Below are positions 11,762-23,689 of a stretch of 64,000 nucleotides of DNA, piece by piece. The stretch comes from Octopus sinensis (lineage: Eukaryota), in assembly GCF_006345805.1 (NCBI RefSeq), contig NC_042999.1, positions 45,942,001-46,006,000 of the forward strand, in the 5' to 3' direction. The notes beneath the pieces were generated by a model. The model searched no databases, was not told the origin of the DNA, and saw nothing but the letters and a program-made list of their open reading frames with translations. Position 1 is the first letter of the stretch; each line of letters opens with the position of its first letter. A program made the position numbers and the translations under genes.

Positions 11762-12583
11762 CTTAAGAAAGACAAATGCCTTAAGGTAAAACTTACAGCA
11801 TATCTTGTTTTTTTTTTCCTCTTCGCATATCTCTTCACACTTATTTTCTTATCCTCCTACCTTTTCTTCTTCTTTACATATTCTCCCACAGTGTCTTCCT
11901 CTCACTTTCTCCTTCCTTCCTTGGTTCTCTTTATCACCTTGTGTCTCCCCCTTCCCCCGTCTTACCACTGCTGTCCCTAAGATGTAATACACATATTTTC
12001 TCTTTCTTGTTTGTTTTGGTTTACAATACTAGAAACTCAGTAATTAAGAAATGTCCTCCAGAGAAAGGTAAAATTCTTCTAGTATTATCTATATCAATGC
12101 ATGAAATTATCAAACTTTGCTGATGATTAATCTAGGGCTGTATGTACAACTGTTGTTTCATATCAACTGTGAGCGAAGGATACACGGCTATGTTTTCTAC
12201 CAACTGAGCCAAAAACATTGAATGTGTGTATTCACTGTAATTTCATAGATATTCTACATTAACGCATGAAATATCTTGTGTACAGTAATGCCTCAATATA
12301 CGAATTAATTCATTCACACACACTCTGCTCATAAAGGGAAAAATCATAAAGCAGAGCAATAATTTCCTATAGTAGCAATGCTACAAATCGTAATTTGTTT
12401 CCATAGAAATATTTTACCTATAAAATTTATAATACTCCTAAATAAATGGCAATAAAACTACAATAGTAGAATGTAAAGAATATTTTATTTAAAGTAAAAA
12501 GAATGTCAAGACCACTTATAATAAAAGATATCATTATTATTATAATCTGTTGTGTCTGGGGAGAGTCGTTTTCTTTTTGTGCC

Positions 12584-12832
12584 TTATAATTTAACACACT
12601 CGCCAGTAAAATTTCCACTTAGTCCTTATTTTTATTTTTTTTAAATTTCCATTGTGTCTTACAACCTTTTCAATAGTCCCCTTATTTTTATTTTCCTAAA
12701 TTCTTTGTTGCGTCTTGCCAACTTTTTCAGTAGTCTTGACTATTGAAAAGGTTGCAAGAAGCAATGAAAATCTTGGGAAAATAAAAATGAGGAATAAGTG
12801 GAAATTTTACCGGTGAGTGTGTTAAATTATAA
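12584..12832. mobile_element. Foldback (palindromic) element with a partial internal direct copy
   Basis: Arm 12584-12678 is the imperfect reverse complement of arm 12738-12832. Segment 12681-12735 repeats part of the left arm. Confidence 0.7.
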
Positions 12833-12847
12833 TTATTATGGGGTTGA

Positions 12848-12955
12848 TTAAATAAGTACCAGTTACGCACTGGGATCAATGTAATCGACTTAATCTCTTT
12901 GTCTGTCCTTGCTTGTCCCCCTATGGTTAGCCCCCCTGTAGGCAGTAAAGAAATA
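12848..12955 (+). mobile_element. 3' half of a Nin/Deu-domain-like SINE (family C)
   Basis: AATAAGTACCAGTTACGCACTGGG...TTAGCCCCC..GGCAGTAAAGAAAT matches the 3' half of the 38088 copy. Confidence 0.75.
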
Positions 12956-13018
12956 TATTTCATTACTGGAGATATTGTTGGTGAAATAGATAACATTTCT
13001 ATTTTGTTATTTAAATTG

Positions 13019-13055
<37 letters not shown>

Positions 13056-13344
13056 GCTTTTATTTATAATATTGCAGCTGAATTTAATGACTCATGGGCT
13101 AAAAATTTCAATCCTGAATTTAAAAGTAATTTATAAATGGAATCCCAATATGCCACACATACCTCTATCAAATTACATTGGTCAAACAACATTTCTGTAA
13201 AAAAATATAGATTTTTTTGTTTTTCTCAAGGTTTTTGAAATGTCAATTCTCAGTTTCAAGCAATTTAGATGAATTTATGTTATGAGACAGATCTGATGTA
13301 TTTGAAGAGATCTGATGTATTTTTTTTTTGTTTTGCTTTTATTT

Positions 13345-13787
13345 GTACTTGCTTCTGTCATTAGATTGTGGCCATGCAGGGGCACTGCCTTGAAGAGTTT
13401 AGTCAAATAAATAATTCCCAGTACTTATTTTTAAGCTTGGTATTTATTTGTTGGTGCCTTTTACTGGACTGCTAACTTATAAGGATATAAACAAACCAAC
13501 ACCTAGTTGTCAAGCAATGGTGGGGAGAAACACAAAGACACACACACACACACACGTGCATGTGTATGCTTGTATGTATACAACAGGCTACTTTCAGTTT
13601 CAATCTACCTCTGAGATTTCCTGAAGATCTTGTACTTCTTGCTGTGGTGATAGATTTTCAGTTCAAATCCACTCACAAAGCTTTGGTCAGCCTGATGCTG
13701 TAGTAGAAGATGGCCCAGGATACCATGCAGTGGGACCAAAGCAAAACCATGTGGCTGGGAAACAAACTTCTTAACCCTACAGCCATT
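13345..13787 (-). mobile_element. Diverged family A SINE with a ~54-nt foreign insert
   Basis: Homologous to the 47237 copy. The insert sits between TCTACC and AAATCCACTCAC. Confidence 0.8.
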
Positions 13788-14507
13788 TGACAACATTTTG
13801 ATTTCCCATTGGTGTGTGGGTTTCTGTTTAAGATCTTGTGTTATAAAATTGTTTGAAATTCTCAGTAAACAACAAGGCAACTTTTTATATCTCCAATAAC
13901 GAAATAGAAGGAAAATTGAGAAACAAAATGTCAGTTTTGCCAGTAAAAATACACAATATGTCTTTAATGCACTGAAACTATTAAAAATAATCTGTATTCA
14001 ATAATAAAAATGTTACTGCGGTACTGTTTCACTTCCTTAAAATTTTAAATGTTTCAATTTTTCAAAGATAAAAATGTAATTACAAATGCAAACAAAATAT
14101 ATTTATATACTTATATTTACATATACATAGTCATCATTTAAATTGGAAATACTGTGAGAATGTGACAAAGTACTTGTGTTTGTTTTATACCCCGCTCTTT
14201 CTCACTATATTCTCCCATACTGTCTTTTTCTTTCATTTTCTCACACGTTCTCCTTTCCCTGTCAACTAGTCTTTTTCACATAATGAAGTGAAAGAGGAAG
14301 AGGAGATAAGAACAGAAAAGTGAGTGATAGATGACCGCTTTATTAGTTAGTTATAAAGGGAAGTGTCACAGATATGTGTAATGAAACAAAACTCAAATAT
14401 GGATGAGCCCCCACATTGATTCATTGGAAAAGCTAACAGATAAGAATTCATTGAGAAAGTTAATGGGTTAATCAGACTTTATCTATCCATCCATCCATCC
14501 ATCTGCA

Positions 14508-14925
14508 TAAGCACAGGTATTGATGGGCAGTTGAGAAGCTTGCATCCCAATCATGTAGTCTAGGGTTCAGTCCCACTGCACAGCATTTTAGATAATGTCT
14601 TTTATCATAGCCTCAGGCTGATCAAAACTGTGTGAGTGGATTTGGTTGACAGAAACTGAAAGAAGCCTCTCTGTGTGTTTGTGTGTGTCCTTGTTTTGAC
14701 ATCATTAGATGGTTGTCAATGAATTCTACTATTACACAAGTGATGTTGTTTGTTTCCAGTCACCAATAAAAAATGTGTCTGGCTATGGGGAAAAATCACT
14801 CTGCTTGGAATCAGGTAAGGGCTAGCAACTGGAAAGGTATCCAGCCATAGAAAATCTACCTCAACAAATTCTACATGACCCAAGCAAGCATGGGAAAATA
14901 AATGATGATAGCAATAATGATGACA
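14508..14925 (+). mobile_element. Composite SINE: family A head, a different body and an RTE-type tail
   Basis: The head matches family A up to GAAACTGAAAGAAGCC. The tail GGAAAGGTATCCAGCC...CCCAAGCAAGCATGGGAAA...(GAT) matches the RTE tail. Confidence 0.7.
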
Positions 14926-14929
14926 TATA

Positions 14930-15942
14930 ATAGAATGAAATTATTGTATACAGTGCTCAGGTGCACCACAACTTGTCAGAAAGTGCATATAAAGTATATG
15001 CAGTAATGTACAAGTGTCTGGAAAGCTTGTGTGTGTATGGAGGGGAGAAAATCAGGTGTAGTGTTGGTGAATCTCAGAAAGCATGGAAGTTTTGAAGGAT
15101 GCAGTGCTCCGACAACTAACAACTAATGCCATCAGTTTGTTCCATGCTTCAGTAACTCTCAGTATGAAAAAATGTTTCCTAAAGTTATGGGAGCTGTGCT
15201 GTTTTCTGACTTTGTAAATATGTCCACGGGTGTTAGATGAGTGGAGTTTGAAAAGGTGCTCAGAGTTATTGTTTGTAAGATGGTTGATAATTTTATGGGT
15301 GTCTGCCAAGTCAGCTGCCAGACGTCGGAGTTTCAATGTGTCCAAGCCCAGGGAAGTAAGGCGTTCAGAGTATGGCAAATGCCTGATGGAGGGTATTCTT
15401 TTGGTTGCACGTCACTGAACGGCTTCCAGACGATTGATATCCTGGGCAAGATAGGGGTTCCAGACCGGTGATGCAAATTCCAGGTGAGGTCTTACCATAG
15501 CTATATAAAGCCGCAGATAGATAGTCGGAGAGTGGCTCACAAAGGATTTGGTGAGTGATGCCAAGACACCCTCAGCCTTCTTGACAATTTTAGCGATATG
15601 TTTTGTCCAACGCAAATCACTGTCGACAATAACACCCAGGTCACGTTCACACGAAGACTTTTTGAGATTAGTGTTGTGGAGGGAATAGGTGGACGCTGGG
15701 TTTCTCCTCCCAAAATGCATGGTGGTACATTTGTCCACAGCCAGCTTGAGTTGTCAGTCCATGATCCACTGCTGCATTGTGTCCAGGTCTGCTTGCAATA
15801 GAGATCTATAGTGTACAGGATCTGACCTCTTTATTTCGAGGTACAGCTTGATGTCATCTGCATATTTCAGCACTGTGGCATTCTTTAAGTTGGCATCTAT
15901 GTCATTAACATATGAAACAAATAAAAGGGGGCCAAGAACAGA
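14930..15942 (-). mobile_element. 5'-truncated CR1-clade LINE (RT 3' half and 3'UTR), a different family from the 5581 element
   Basis: Motifs VLGPLLF, KYADDIK, ERDLGV, VRPHLEFASPVWNP and RVTEAWNKL. In-frame stops are present. Confidence 0.92.
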
Positions 15943-16104
15943 TATGTAGAAGCATCTTCTGTTTTACTGAATTGTTGTATTCCTCAAAATTTTGCTGTAA
16001 TGTGAAATTCCATAATGAGAAACCTATTTCTATGTTACATGGAGGTAGAAAATAGATTTCAAATTACAGAATTCCCCATTATAGGTTTCAAATTTTGGCA
16101 CTGG

Positions 16105-16305
16105 ATCAGCAATTGCAAGGAGGTGGGTAAGTCAATTACATCAACCCCCAGTACTCAACTTGTACTTATTTTATCGATGCTGAAGGGATGAAAGGCAAAG
16201 GTGATCCTGGTGGCATTTGAACTCAGATTGTAAACCTTGAATAAATGCTGCTAAGCATTTTTCCCATCTTTGTTAGTGTGCTAACAATTCTGCCAGCTCA
16301 TCACC
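16105..16305 (-). mobile_element. Diverged family C (Nin/Deu-like) SINE
   Basis: Contains the reverse complement of TTTGCCTTTCATCCCTTCAGCATCGATAAAATAAGTAC and the GGTGATGAGCTGGCAGAA head. Confidence 0.75.
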
Positions 16306-16479
16306 TTTGAATCCTTACATTATTAAGCAAGACTTTCACGAAATGCAGCATTGCCTGTTCTACATTATGACTTTGTTGAGTAATGGTGGAAATGTCTGTG
16401 TATAAGTCTGGATCTTTCTGCGTATGTGTGTGTCTGTGTGTATGTGTATGAATATGTGTATGTTGTTGAGGGTCATCTA

Positions 16480-16573
16480 TTGATTGATCTACATCACGTG
16501 ATCACGTGACTGACACACACATATACACACGCACACACACACAGAAATATACACGCATTCACACTCATTCATA

Positions 16574-16605
<32 letters not shown>

Positions 16606-16869
16606 TTCAAATGTTGCTACACATCGCTGGTCACAATGCACTTCGCATTGTTTTAGCCTTCAAATGACGCCACCCCACTGGCTAAGTGAGAGAAAGTTGC
16701 GGTGAAAGAGTGCAGCAGGGATCGCCACCCCCACCCCCTGCCGGAGCCTTGTGGAGCTTTTAGGTGTTTTCACTCAATAAACACTCACAAAGCCTGGTCT
16801 GGGGAATTGAAACCGCGATCCTATGACCACGAGTCGGCTACCCTAACCACTGGGCCATTGTGCCTCCAC
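16480..16869 (-). mobile_element. tRNA-Arg-like SINE (family E)
   Basis: Head GTGGAGGCACAATGGCCCAGTGGTTAGGGTAGCCGACTCGTGG...GGTTTCAATTCC has TCG at the anticodon position. The body is shared with the 30036 copy. Confidence 0.75.
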
Positions 16870-17092
16870 GATTGAAGTACATAGATCTACATATACATGC
16901 ATTAGTGTGTGTGTGTGTGTAAGGTGTATTTTAACATGCATACGGGTCTGGTGTTGTGTCTCCAGGAAGATCATTAACTTGTTGATTGATGTATATGATT
17001 CTGTATTTGCATGTGGAATGTAATCCATTGACTTCCTGCAATGTCTTTGTCTCGTTTTCTTTTCTCTTAATTGATTCTCTTTATCTCTTTAA

Positions 17093-17312
17093 CCCTTTCA
17101 TTACTGTATTTATTTTGAGATGCTCTGTGTTTCTTTCAATTACTTTAAATATAACAAAAAATTTTGTAAAATTACTTGGTTATCATTAAGCTAGTATTAG
17201 GAACATAAATTGTGGCTTAGATTTGGTGGAAGATTGTAATTCAAAACTTATGAAAACAAGACATTTGTAACCAGAGCCAGAGCTGGTTTCAGCCAGGTTG
17301 GTAATGAAAGGG
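17093..17312. mobile_element. piggyBac-like MITE, 220 bp
   Basis: TTAA target duplications (17089-92 and 17313-16) and perfect 12-bp TIRs CCCTTTCATTAC/GTAATGAAAGGG. Confidence 0.88.
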
Positions 17313-17339
17313 TTAACATTCCTTCATAAAAAATGTTGT

Positions 17340-17680
17340 GCACGTACACATACACACACACACGTACACATGCAGATATACACAGGCACACACACACACA
17401 CACACAATTGTGCACACATGCACATGCTCAAATATGCGAGCTTGCAGATATACAAGCACACACACACACATGCAAATATTCAAGCTTGCAGACATACAAG
17501 CATTCACACTCTCACACACTCACACACACAAATATGCATGCGTACAGACATACAGACACACACACACAAATGTGCATGCATGCACGCATACAAGTGTATG
17601 TGCACACACACAAACATGCACACACTCGTACACAGAAACACACACACACATATACACACACTCACACATACACACACACA
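17340..17680. repeat. Degenerate (CA)n tract
   Basis: Directly visible. Confidence 0.85.
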
Positions 17681-18154
17681 CATTCTCCCTTTCTTTTTCT
17701 GTCACTCTCTTTTCCTATTTCTTCCCTCCTTTCTCCTTTGCAGTTGTGCATTGTTGGCCTTTCATTTCTTTCTCTTTTTTTTTCCTTTTTATCATTTCAG
17801 TGGGGTCATGATCCACAGACTAATTGCAAATTATATTGTTTTTAGTCTCTGTACATGTATGTGTCCCATTTAAAATTAGTCTCTCTGTGCCCCACTCACC
17901 CCCCCCCCCGCCCCCACACACGCACAGATACATACATACTTACGAATATACATACATAAGATGATGGTTAGAACAAGATACATCATTTCACAACCTTGCT
18001 AGCAATCAGGTTGCTGGTCAAAATTTACTGTAAATTAAAAAGAGAATGAGAAGAATATATACATACATGCAAGCATGCAGACACCCACCCACACATGTAT
18101 GTATGTGTGTATGTATGTATGTATGTATGTATGTATGTATGTATGTATGTATGT

Positions 18155-18575
18155 CATTATTCAGTTTATTTCAAGATTTCTCCCTAATACAGAAAGAGCC
18201 AGTTTCTAACGTATATCCAAGGCTCCCTCATTGGAATTTCAACATCAACAGGATATTTTTGTATGTATGTACGTATGTATGTAGATATGCAGATTTGTAT
18301 GTTTTGTTTTATGTATGTATTCTCGTGCATATAGTTGCATGTCTAGCGTATATACTTAAATGATAAACTTCTGGAAAGTTTTACACATTTCTAATGATCG
18401 CTTGGATCTGTAGTCTTTGAATCAGCTTTCTCCTCTCTGGTTTTAAGAAGCCTAATTTCTCAAGATTGGTATTTAGGCTGTGTGTTTCATATTCCAGTGA
18501 ACTTGAAAACTGGATAGAGTAGCTGTAGATTCCTCAGTAGTTCAGCATAGGTATTTCCTTTTTCACTGATCTTTA
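18155..18575 (-). mobile_element. Decayed 3' end of an RLE-type LINE with a (CATA)n tail
   Basis: The minus strand reads RKLIQRLQIQAI...CKTFQKFII*, resembling the C-terminus of R4/NeSL-like ORFs. A UTR and tetranucleotide tail follow. Confidence 0.55.
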
Positions 18576-18819
18576 TTTTTATGTATGTATGTATTTATGC
18601 ATAAAATTATATATATCCTATTAATAGGATTAGTCCCAAAATTGATTCAATATAGAAATAACGAACTTTTTTTTAAAATTCTGCTAGCTCGCTTTCCTTG
18701 ATTTCAGCATGACGTGTATCTATAGTGAATGTATATTATAAATGTGGGAATTGACGATTTAAAGTCTGTTCTCTGCAAATTGGCATTGAAATAATCTTTA
18801 TATTGCTCTTGTTTATAAG

Positions 18820-18975
18820 TTATCAGCACTAGTCGCCATGATAGATTGTTACCCACTACACACATTTTTTCTCTCCTTGTTTTTTCTGTGTCCCTTTCTG
18901 TAGAAGAGCGTAGGCTCGAAATGTAAAAGACTTTTTCTATTCCTGAGCGTTATACTAATACATCTGTTTCGTAAA
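18820..18975 (+). mobile_element. Penelope-like terminal repeat fragment with a minimal hammerhead-like motif
   Basis: GTCCCTTT-CTGTAGA-A-GAGC(GTAG)GCTC-GAAA-TG-TA-AAAGAC. Confidence 0.55.
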
Positions 18976-18982
18976 CTCTCCC

Positions 18983-19075
<93 letters not shown>

Positions 19076-19484
19076 TTGTGTGATAGACACATGTACTATT
19101 ATTTATAACTTTATCAACTTCACATTCCACCTTTAAAAATGATTTATATTATGCCTCTTGAAGTTTTTAAATCCTTACGCAGTAAACAGTATATTTATTG
19201 TTCTGGTAGTTTTTCTTAATTATATATTTGCTTTGTATATCTCTGCATATTAATGTGTAGTCTAGTTTTAGTAATGAACAAGGCAAAACTTGCTCAGAGC
19301 AAATTTAACAAGTGGTTGTATGTAGCATATTACTTTAAAAAAAAAACAAAAACAGTGAAAAAGCAAAGAAAAAAATTACAAAAAAATAAACAAAACACAC
19401 ACCTTAGGGTTCTTATTATACAAGAGAATGACAATTTAACTGCATAAATTTGCAGTATGTATATGAGCACACACACACACGCTC

Positions 19485-19525
<41 letters not shown>

Positions 19526-20099
19526 TTTCATACACTCATTCATTCACTTGTACACACACATTTATACTCACAAACTAGCCTAGCCTTCTTTTGATGACAG
19601 TGTTTCAATACCAGCTTGAGGTTGAATAGGTTTTTGCTACATAAACATTTCTCCAGTTACTCGGCTTTTTTCTCTCCATTTATCTTATATGCGAAGCGGG
19701 TGGGGGTGGCAGTGCGTTTAATAAAAAAAAAAAAAAAATTAAATAAAAAATTTTTTGCAAGAGAAATATTTCAGAATACTTTAACTGATTCATCAAAATC
19801 TATCCTTAACGTAGCTACTGATGTATATCAGAACATCTTACTTCTCTGATGTTATTTTTGTTTCGGCCATTTCAGTATGGTTCTGTTCTAACTGACTGCT
19901 GTCATTTTCTGTGATGAGTTGTTTGATATCCGCCTTTCTTCTGGCTGTCAAGTCATCTTTTATCAATAAACTTATTAGGTTTAAAAGACGTTGATATATT
20001 GTGTCCTTTTGTTATCTTTTATTTTTCTTTTTTGTGACTTTACTGTGTGCAGATTTGTTAAGAACATTGTATATGCCTTCCTTTTTTATGTAAAATTTT

Positions 20100-20121
20100 A
20101 ATTTTATTATTATTATTATCA

Positions 20122-20174
<53 letters not shown>

Positions 20175-20415
20175 GTTGTTATTATTGTTATTACTTTTTA
20201 TATTTATGTCTCCGCAGTGCCTTATCAATTTATGCCTTCAGTCAATAATGTCCTTAATTCAAACATGCATATGTATAGATATATACACACATACTCACAC
20301 ACATATATAAATATATACATACAGACATGTGTGTGTATATATGTATATGTATATCTATGTCTATATCTATCTGTCTATCTATATTTATATATATGTGTGT
20401 GTGTGTGTATATATA

Positions 20416-20469
<54 letters not shown>

Positions 20470-20480
20470 TATGTGTGTGT
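20100..20480. repeat. (ATT)n followed by (TA)/(TG)/(CA) microsatellites upstream of the 20717 exon
   Basis: Directly visible. Confidence 0.88.
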
Positions 20481-20716
20481 GTTTTACTAGTGAATAGAAA
20501 TAGTTACTGCATAATAATGAGGGAAAATGAAAATTACCATTTTCGTTGTCAAATGAGATACATAAATAGATCAATACGATAGTGAAAGCCAGCAGGAAGG
20601 TGTGTCTGATTTTGGTTTTAATTTGATAACTGACAATAATAAACAGTCTATGTTCTACTAAGTCAAGAATTCTTATTGGTTCCAATATTAAATTTTTACA
20701 TATTTTCTTTATGCAG

Positions 20717-20765
20717 GTGAAGGAAGCTTCTATCATGTATGACTTACAGAAAGGAAGATCTCGAG
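20717..20765 (+). CDS. DAZAP1: 49-nt coding exon of an hnRNP A/B-Musashi family RNA-binding protein (RRM2, VKEASIMYDLQKGRSRG)
   Basis: Acceptor ttttctttatgcag|GTG and donor CGAG|gttagt. The exon runs phase 0 to phase 1 and joins in frame to the 63310 exon, rebuilding the RNP1 motif RGFGFLTF. The IMYDxxKxRSRG and GKQ motifs resemble Hrb27C/DAZAP1 more than Musashi (from memory). Confidence 0.85.
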
Positions 20766-21308
20766 GTTAGTTCTTTGTAAATACAACCTGTCTCTGCCCT
20801 GTGCCATCTCTAACATCTTTATAGCTGACTAAGATATTTCTCTATATTACCGAGCAATCATAGATCCAATCAAATTGAATATTCTGCATATGAGATTTTA
20901 GAGACGAAATGGGATTTTTTTCCTTTCTTTATAATGAGATTTTCTTCATAACTGTCTGTACCAGTTGTATATTCACTATAATTTACACTTTAGTTAACAA
21001 TTAGCGAATAATATTTGTTGTTGTTGTTGTTGTTTACAATGTGAATTGGTTCAGATATTAATTGCAGTCTTCGAATTGTGATAATTAGATTACCATAGAA
21101 TGAGTTTAATGCTATCTTAAGGTCTAACAAATAACGAATTATTAAATAATTCACTGTTCCTGCTTTAATTATTAAATTTGCTTACATAATGTATTTTCCT
21201 TTCTTATATTAGTTTGCACCATATATTTGGTTGTTAGATTCCAGCAACAGCAATAATTAATTTTCTCCTTTGGATTACATACAATACAAATCTCTGCTAT
21301 CACTACTG

Positions 21309-21368
<60 letters not shown>

Positions 21369-21381
21369 GTATATATATATA

Positions 21382-21431
<50 letters not shown>

Positions 21432-21619
21432 TATACGCATACAAATATATTTGCATATGTGTATGTAACTGTTTATATATGTGTGTGAGTGTATTTATGT
21501 TTATATGTGTACATGTGTGTGTGTGTTTATATATGTATATGTATAAGCATCTATGTGTGTATGTATATATATATAAGTGTGTATGTGTTTATATGTATAT
21601 ATCTCTACATGTATGCATG

Positions 21620-21666
<47 letters not shown>

Positions 21667-22061
21667 ATATTGTATGTATATGTTGTATATATGTGTGTAT
21701 GTATGTATTTTTGTGATCTCCATTGAAATTGCTTCCATCAAAGCTGACAACTTTCAAAAGTAGTTCTAAATAAATTATACAAGTATTGGGTTTTATATTG
21801 TTTTATTTTTTTTTTTTAAATTAACAGAAGTGTCATTTTCACTTGTCAGTGATTAGCAAGTGCAAATCATTGAAGTTCTATTTTCGTATATCTGTGCAGA
21901 AACCTCACTAACAACTCCTTAAGTCATGAGTAACATTACAGTGATGTTTATAAGCAGATTACAAAAGGATATTTAAAGTAGCAGTTGATAATATGTAGAG
22001 CTACAAAGGTTACTGTATGAAACAAGGACATCAACTTTACCTGATTTTCTGCATAACTTTT

Positions 22062-22463
22062 ATCTTTTACTTATTTCAATCATTAGACTGTGGCCATGCT
22101 AGGGCATCAGCTTGAAGAAGCTTTAATTGAATAAATTAACCCCTGTACAATTTTTTTTTTTTCAAACCTGGTACTTATTTTATTGGTCTATTTTGCTGAA
22201 CCACTAATTATGTAGATGTAAGCACACCAACACCGGTTATCAAATAGTAGTGGAGGTAAAATACTGACATAGATATACATATACATACGTAGATAAATAT
22301 ATATAAAAACAGGGTTCTTTCAGTTTCCATCTACCATATTCACTCAAGGCTTTGGCTGGCCTGAGGCTATAGTAGAAGACACTTGCCCAAGGTGCTGTAC
22401 AGTGGGACTGAACCCAGAACTATGTGGTTGGGAAGCAAACTTCTTACCACAGGGCTATGCCTA
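22062..22463 (-). mobile_element. Family A SINE
   Basis: Full head-to-tail homology with the 47237 copy. Confidence 0.85.
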
Positions 22464-22806
22464 CACTTATTTCTACTTTAATATTTCCTTTTTTTTTTAT
22501 TCATTGATGGACATTGTTTGTCACTAATTACTTGTGACCAGCTTTTTACTTGCTGGTGGTATTCTGCAGGCATACAAGAATACCACTTTTATAAATTGCA
22601 GTTGATAATGACCTATAGATTATTGGTCATTGTGCCAAGTTTTAAGTAAAAAAGTTTATGTACGTATGCATATATGTCTATGTATGTTCATATGTATATA
22701 TGTATGTACATATGTATGTTTGAATAAAACAGGCATATATATATATAAAACATAGAATTTTATAACATATGTATAATCTATATAAACACTTGTGTGTGTG
22801 TGTATG

Positions 22807-22852
<46 letters not shown>

Positions 22853-23689
22853 TATTGTACAAGACTGCAAATCAAAGTGAAATTAATTTAAACATTAGGA
22901 GGCCTCATTAATGTTTAAGTTTATATCAGTTCTTTTGAAATAACACTGTGCAGAAAATAGTTATTGTTTAATTAAGATGTCGAAAGAAAAAATATGCAAA
23001 TTAGGCCATCCTCCATAGAGACAGCCTAATTCATTACTGCCTTATATAGCAGCTGATCTGTTTGGTGAAGAAAGCCATTGTGTGTTCTCTGAGGAGTAGT
23101 AAGCATTCTGTGAAATGTTCCATTGGGAAACTCTTCTTTCTTTTGTTTTGCACACCTTTAGCATTGAAAGAATGTGTTTATATTCTTGTCTAATTCCCAG
23201 TGAGTCATTGTAATGCTTAAATAACATGTGTATGTAGGAGGTATATATACATATATTTGTGTATGTATGTATTTATGTGTGTGTATATATATTTGTCTTT
23301 ATGTATATATGTCTATGTATATATGTGTGTGTATATATGTATGTGTAAGAATGTATGTATACATATATAAATGTGTGTGCATGTAAGCATGTATATATAT
23401 ATACACACACATAAATATATATAAATGTATATATATATATATAGATGTGTGTGTGTATATGTATTATGACATAAACACGCATGTATGTATGTGTATCTAT
23501 ATGTAAACCAGTGTATATGTATAAATAAAGATATCCTCATGCTTTGCATGTTTTACTGAAAGTAATGCAAAAGTGGGTGTGAGTGTTATTAACTGACATG
23601 TTGTTCAAACGCACATGTTGGGTGAGAAACTTCCTACGTACAAAGGTAGCTACTCCACATGCTCTACATCAGATGTGATATGTTTGTGT

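Noticed and set aside
9681-11838. Many long Y/I/H/T/C/V/M-rich ORFs here and in other microsatellite blocks
   Set aside because: They are translations of (TA)n/(TG)n/(CA)n repeats, which lack stop codons.
16795-16869. tRNA genes at SINE heads (also 30265-30337, 43835-43905, 47237-47310)
   Set aside because: They have A/B boxes but no complete cloverleaf, and they continue into multi-copy SINE bodies.
1-20716. Upstream host exons (RRM1 or the KIFVGG start of RRM2)
   Set aside because: I found no matching sequence on the + strand. They probably lie before the window.
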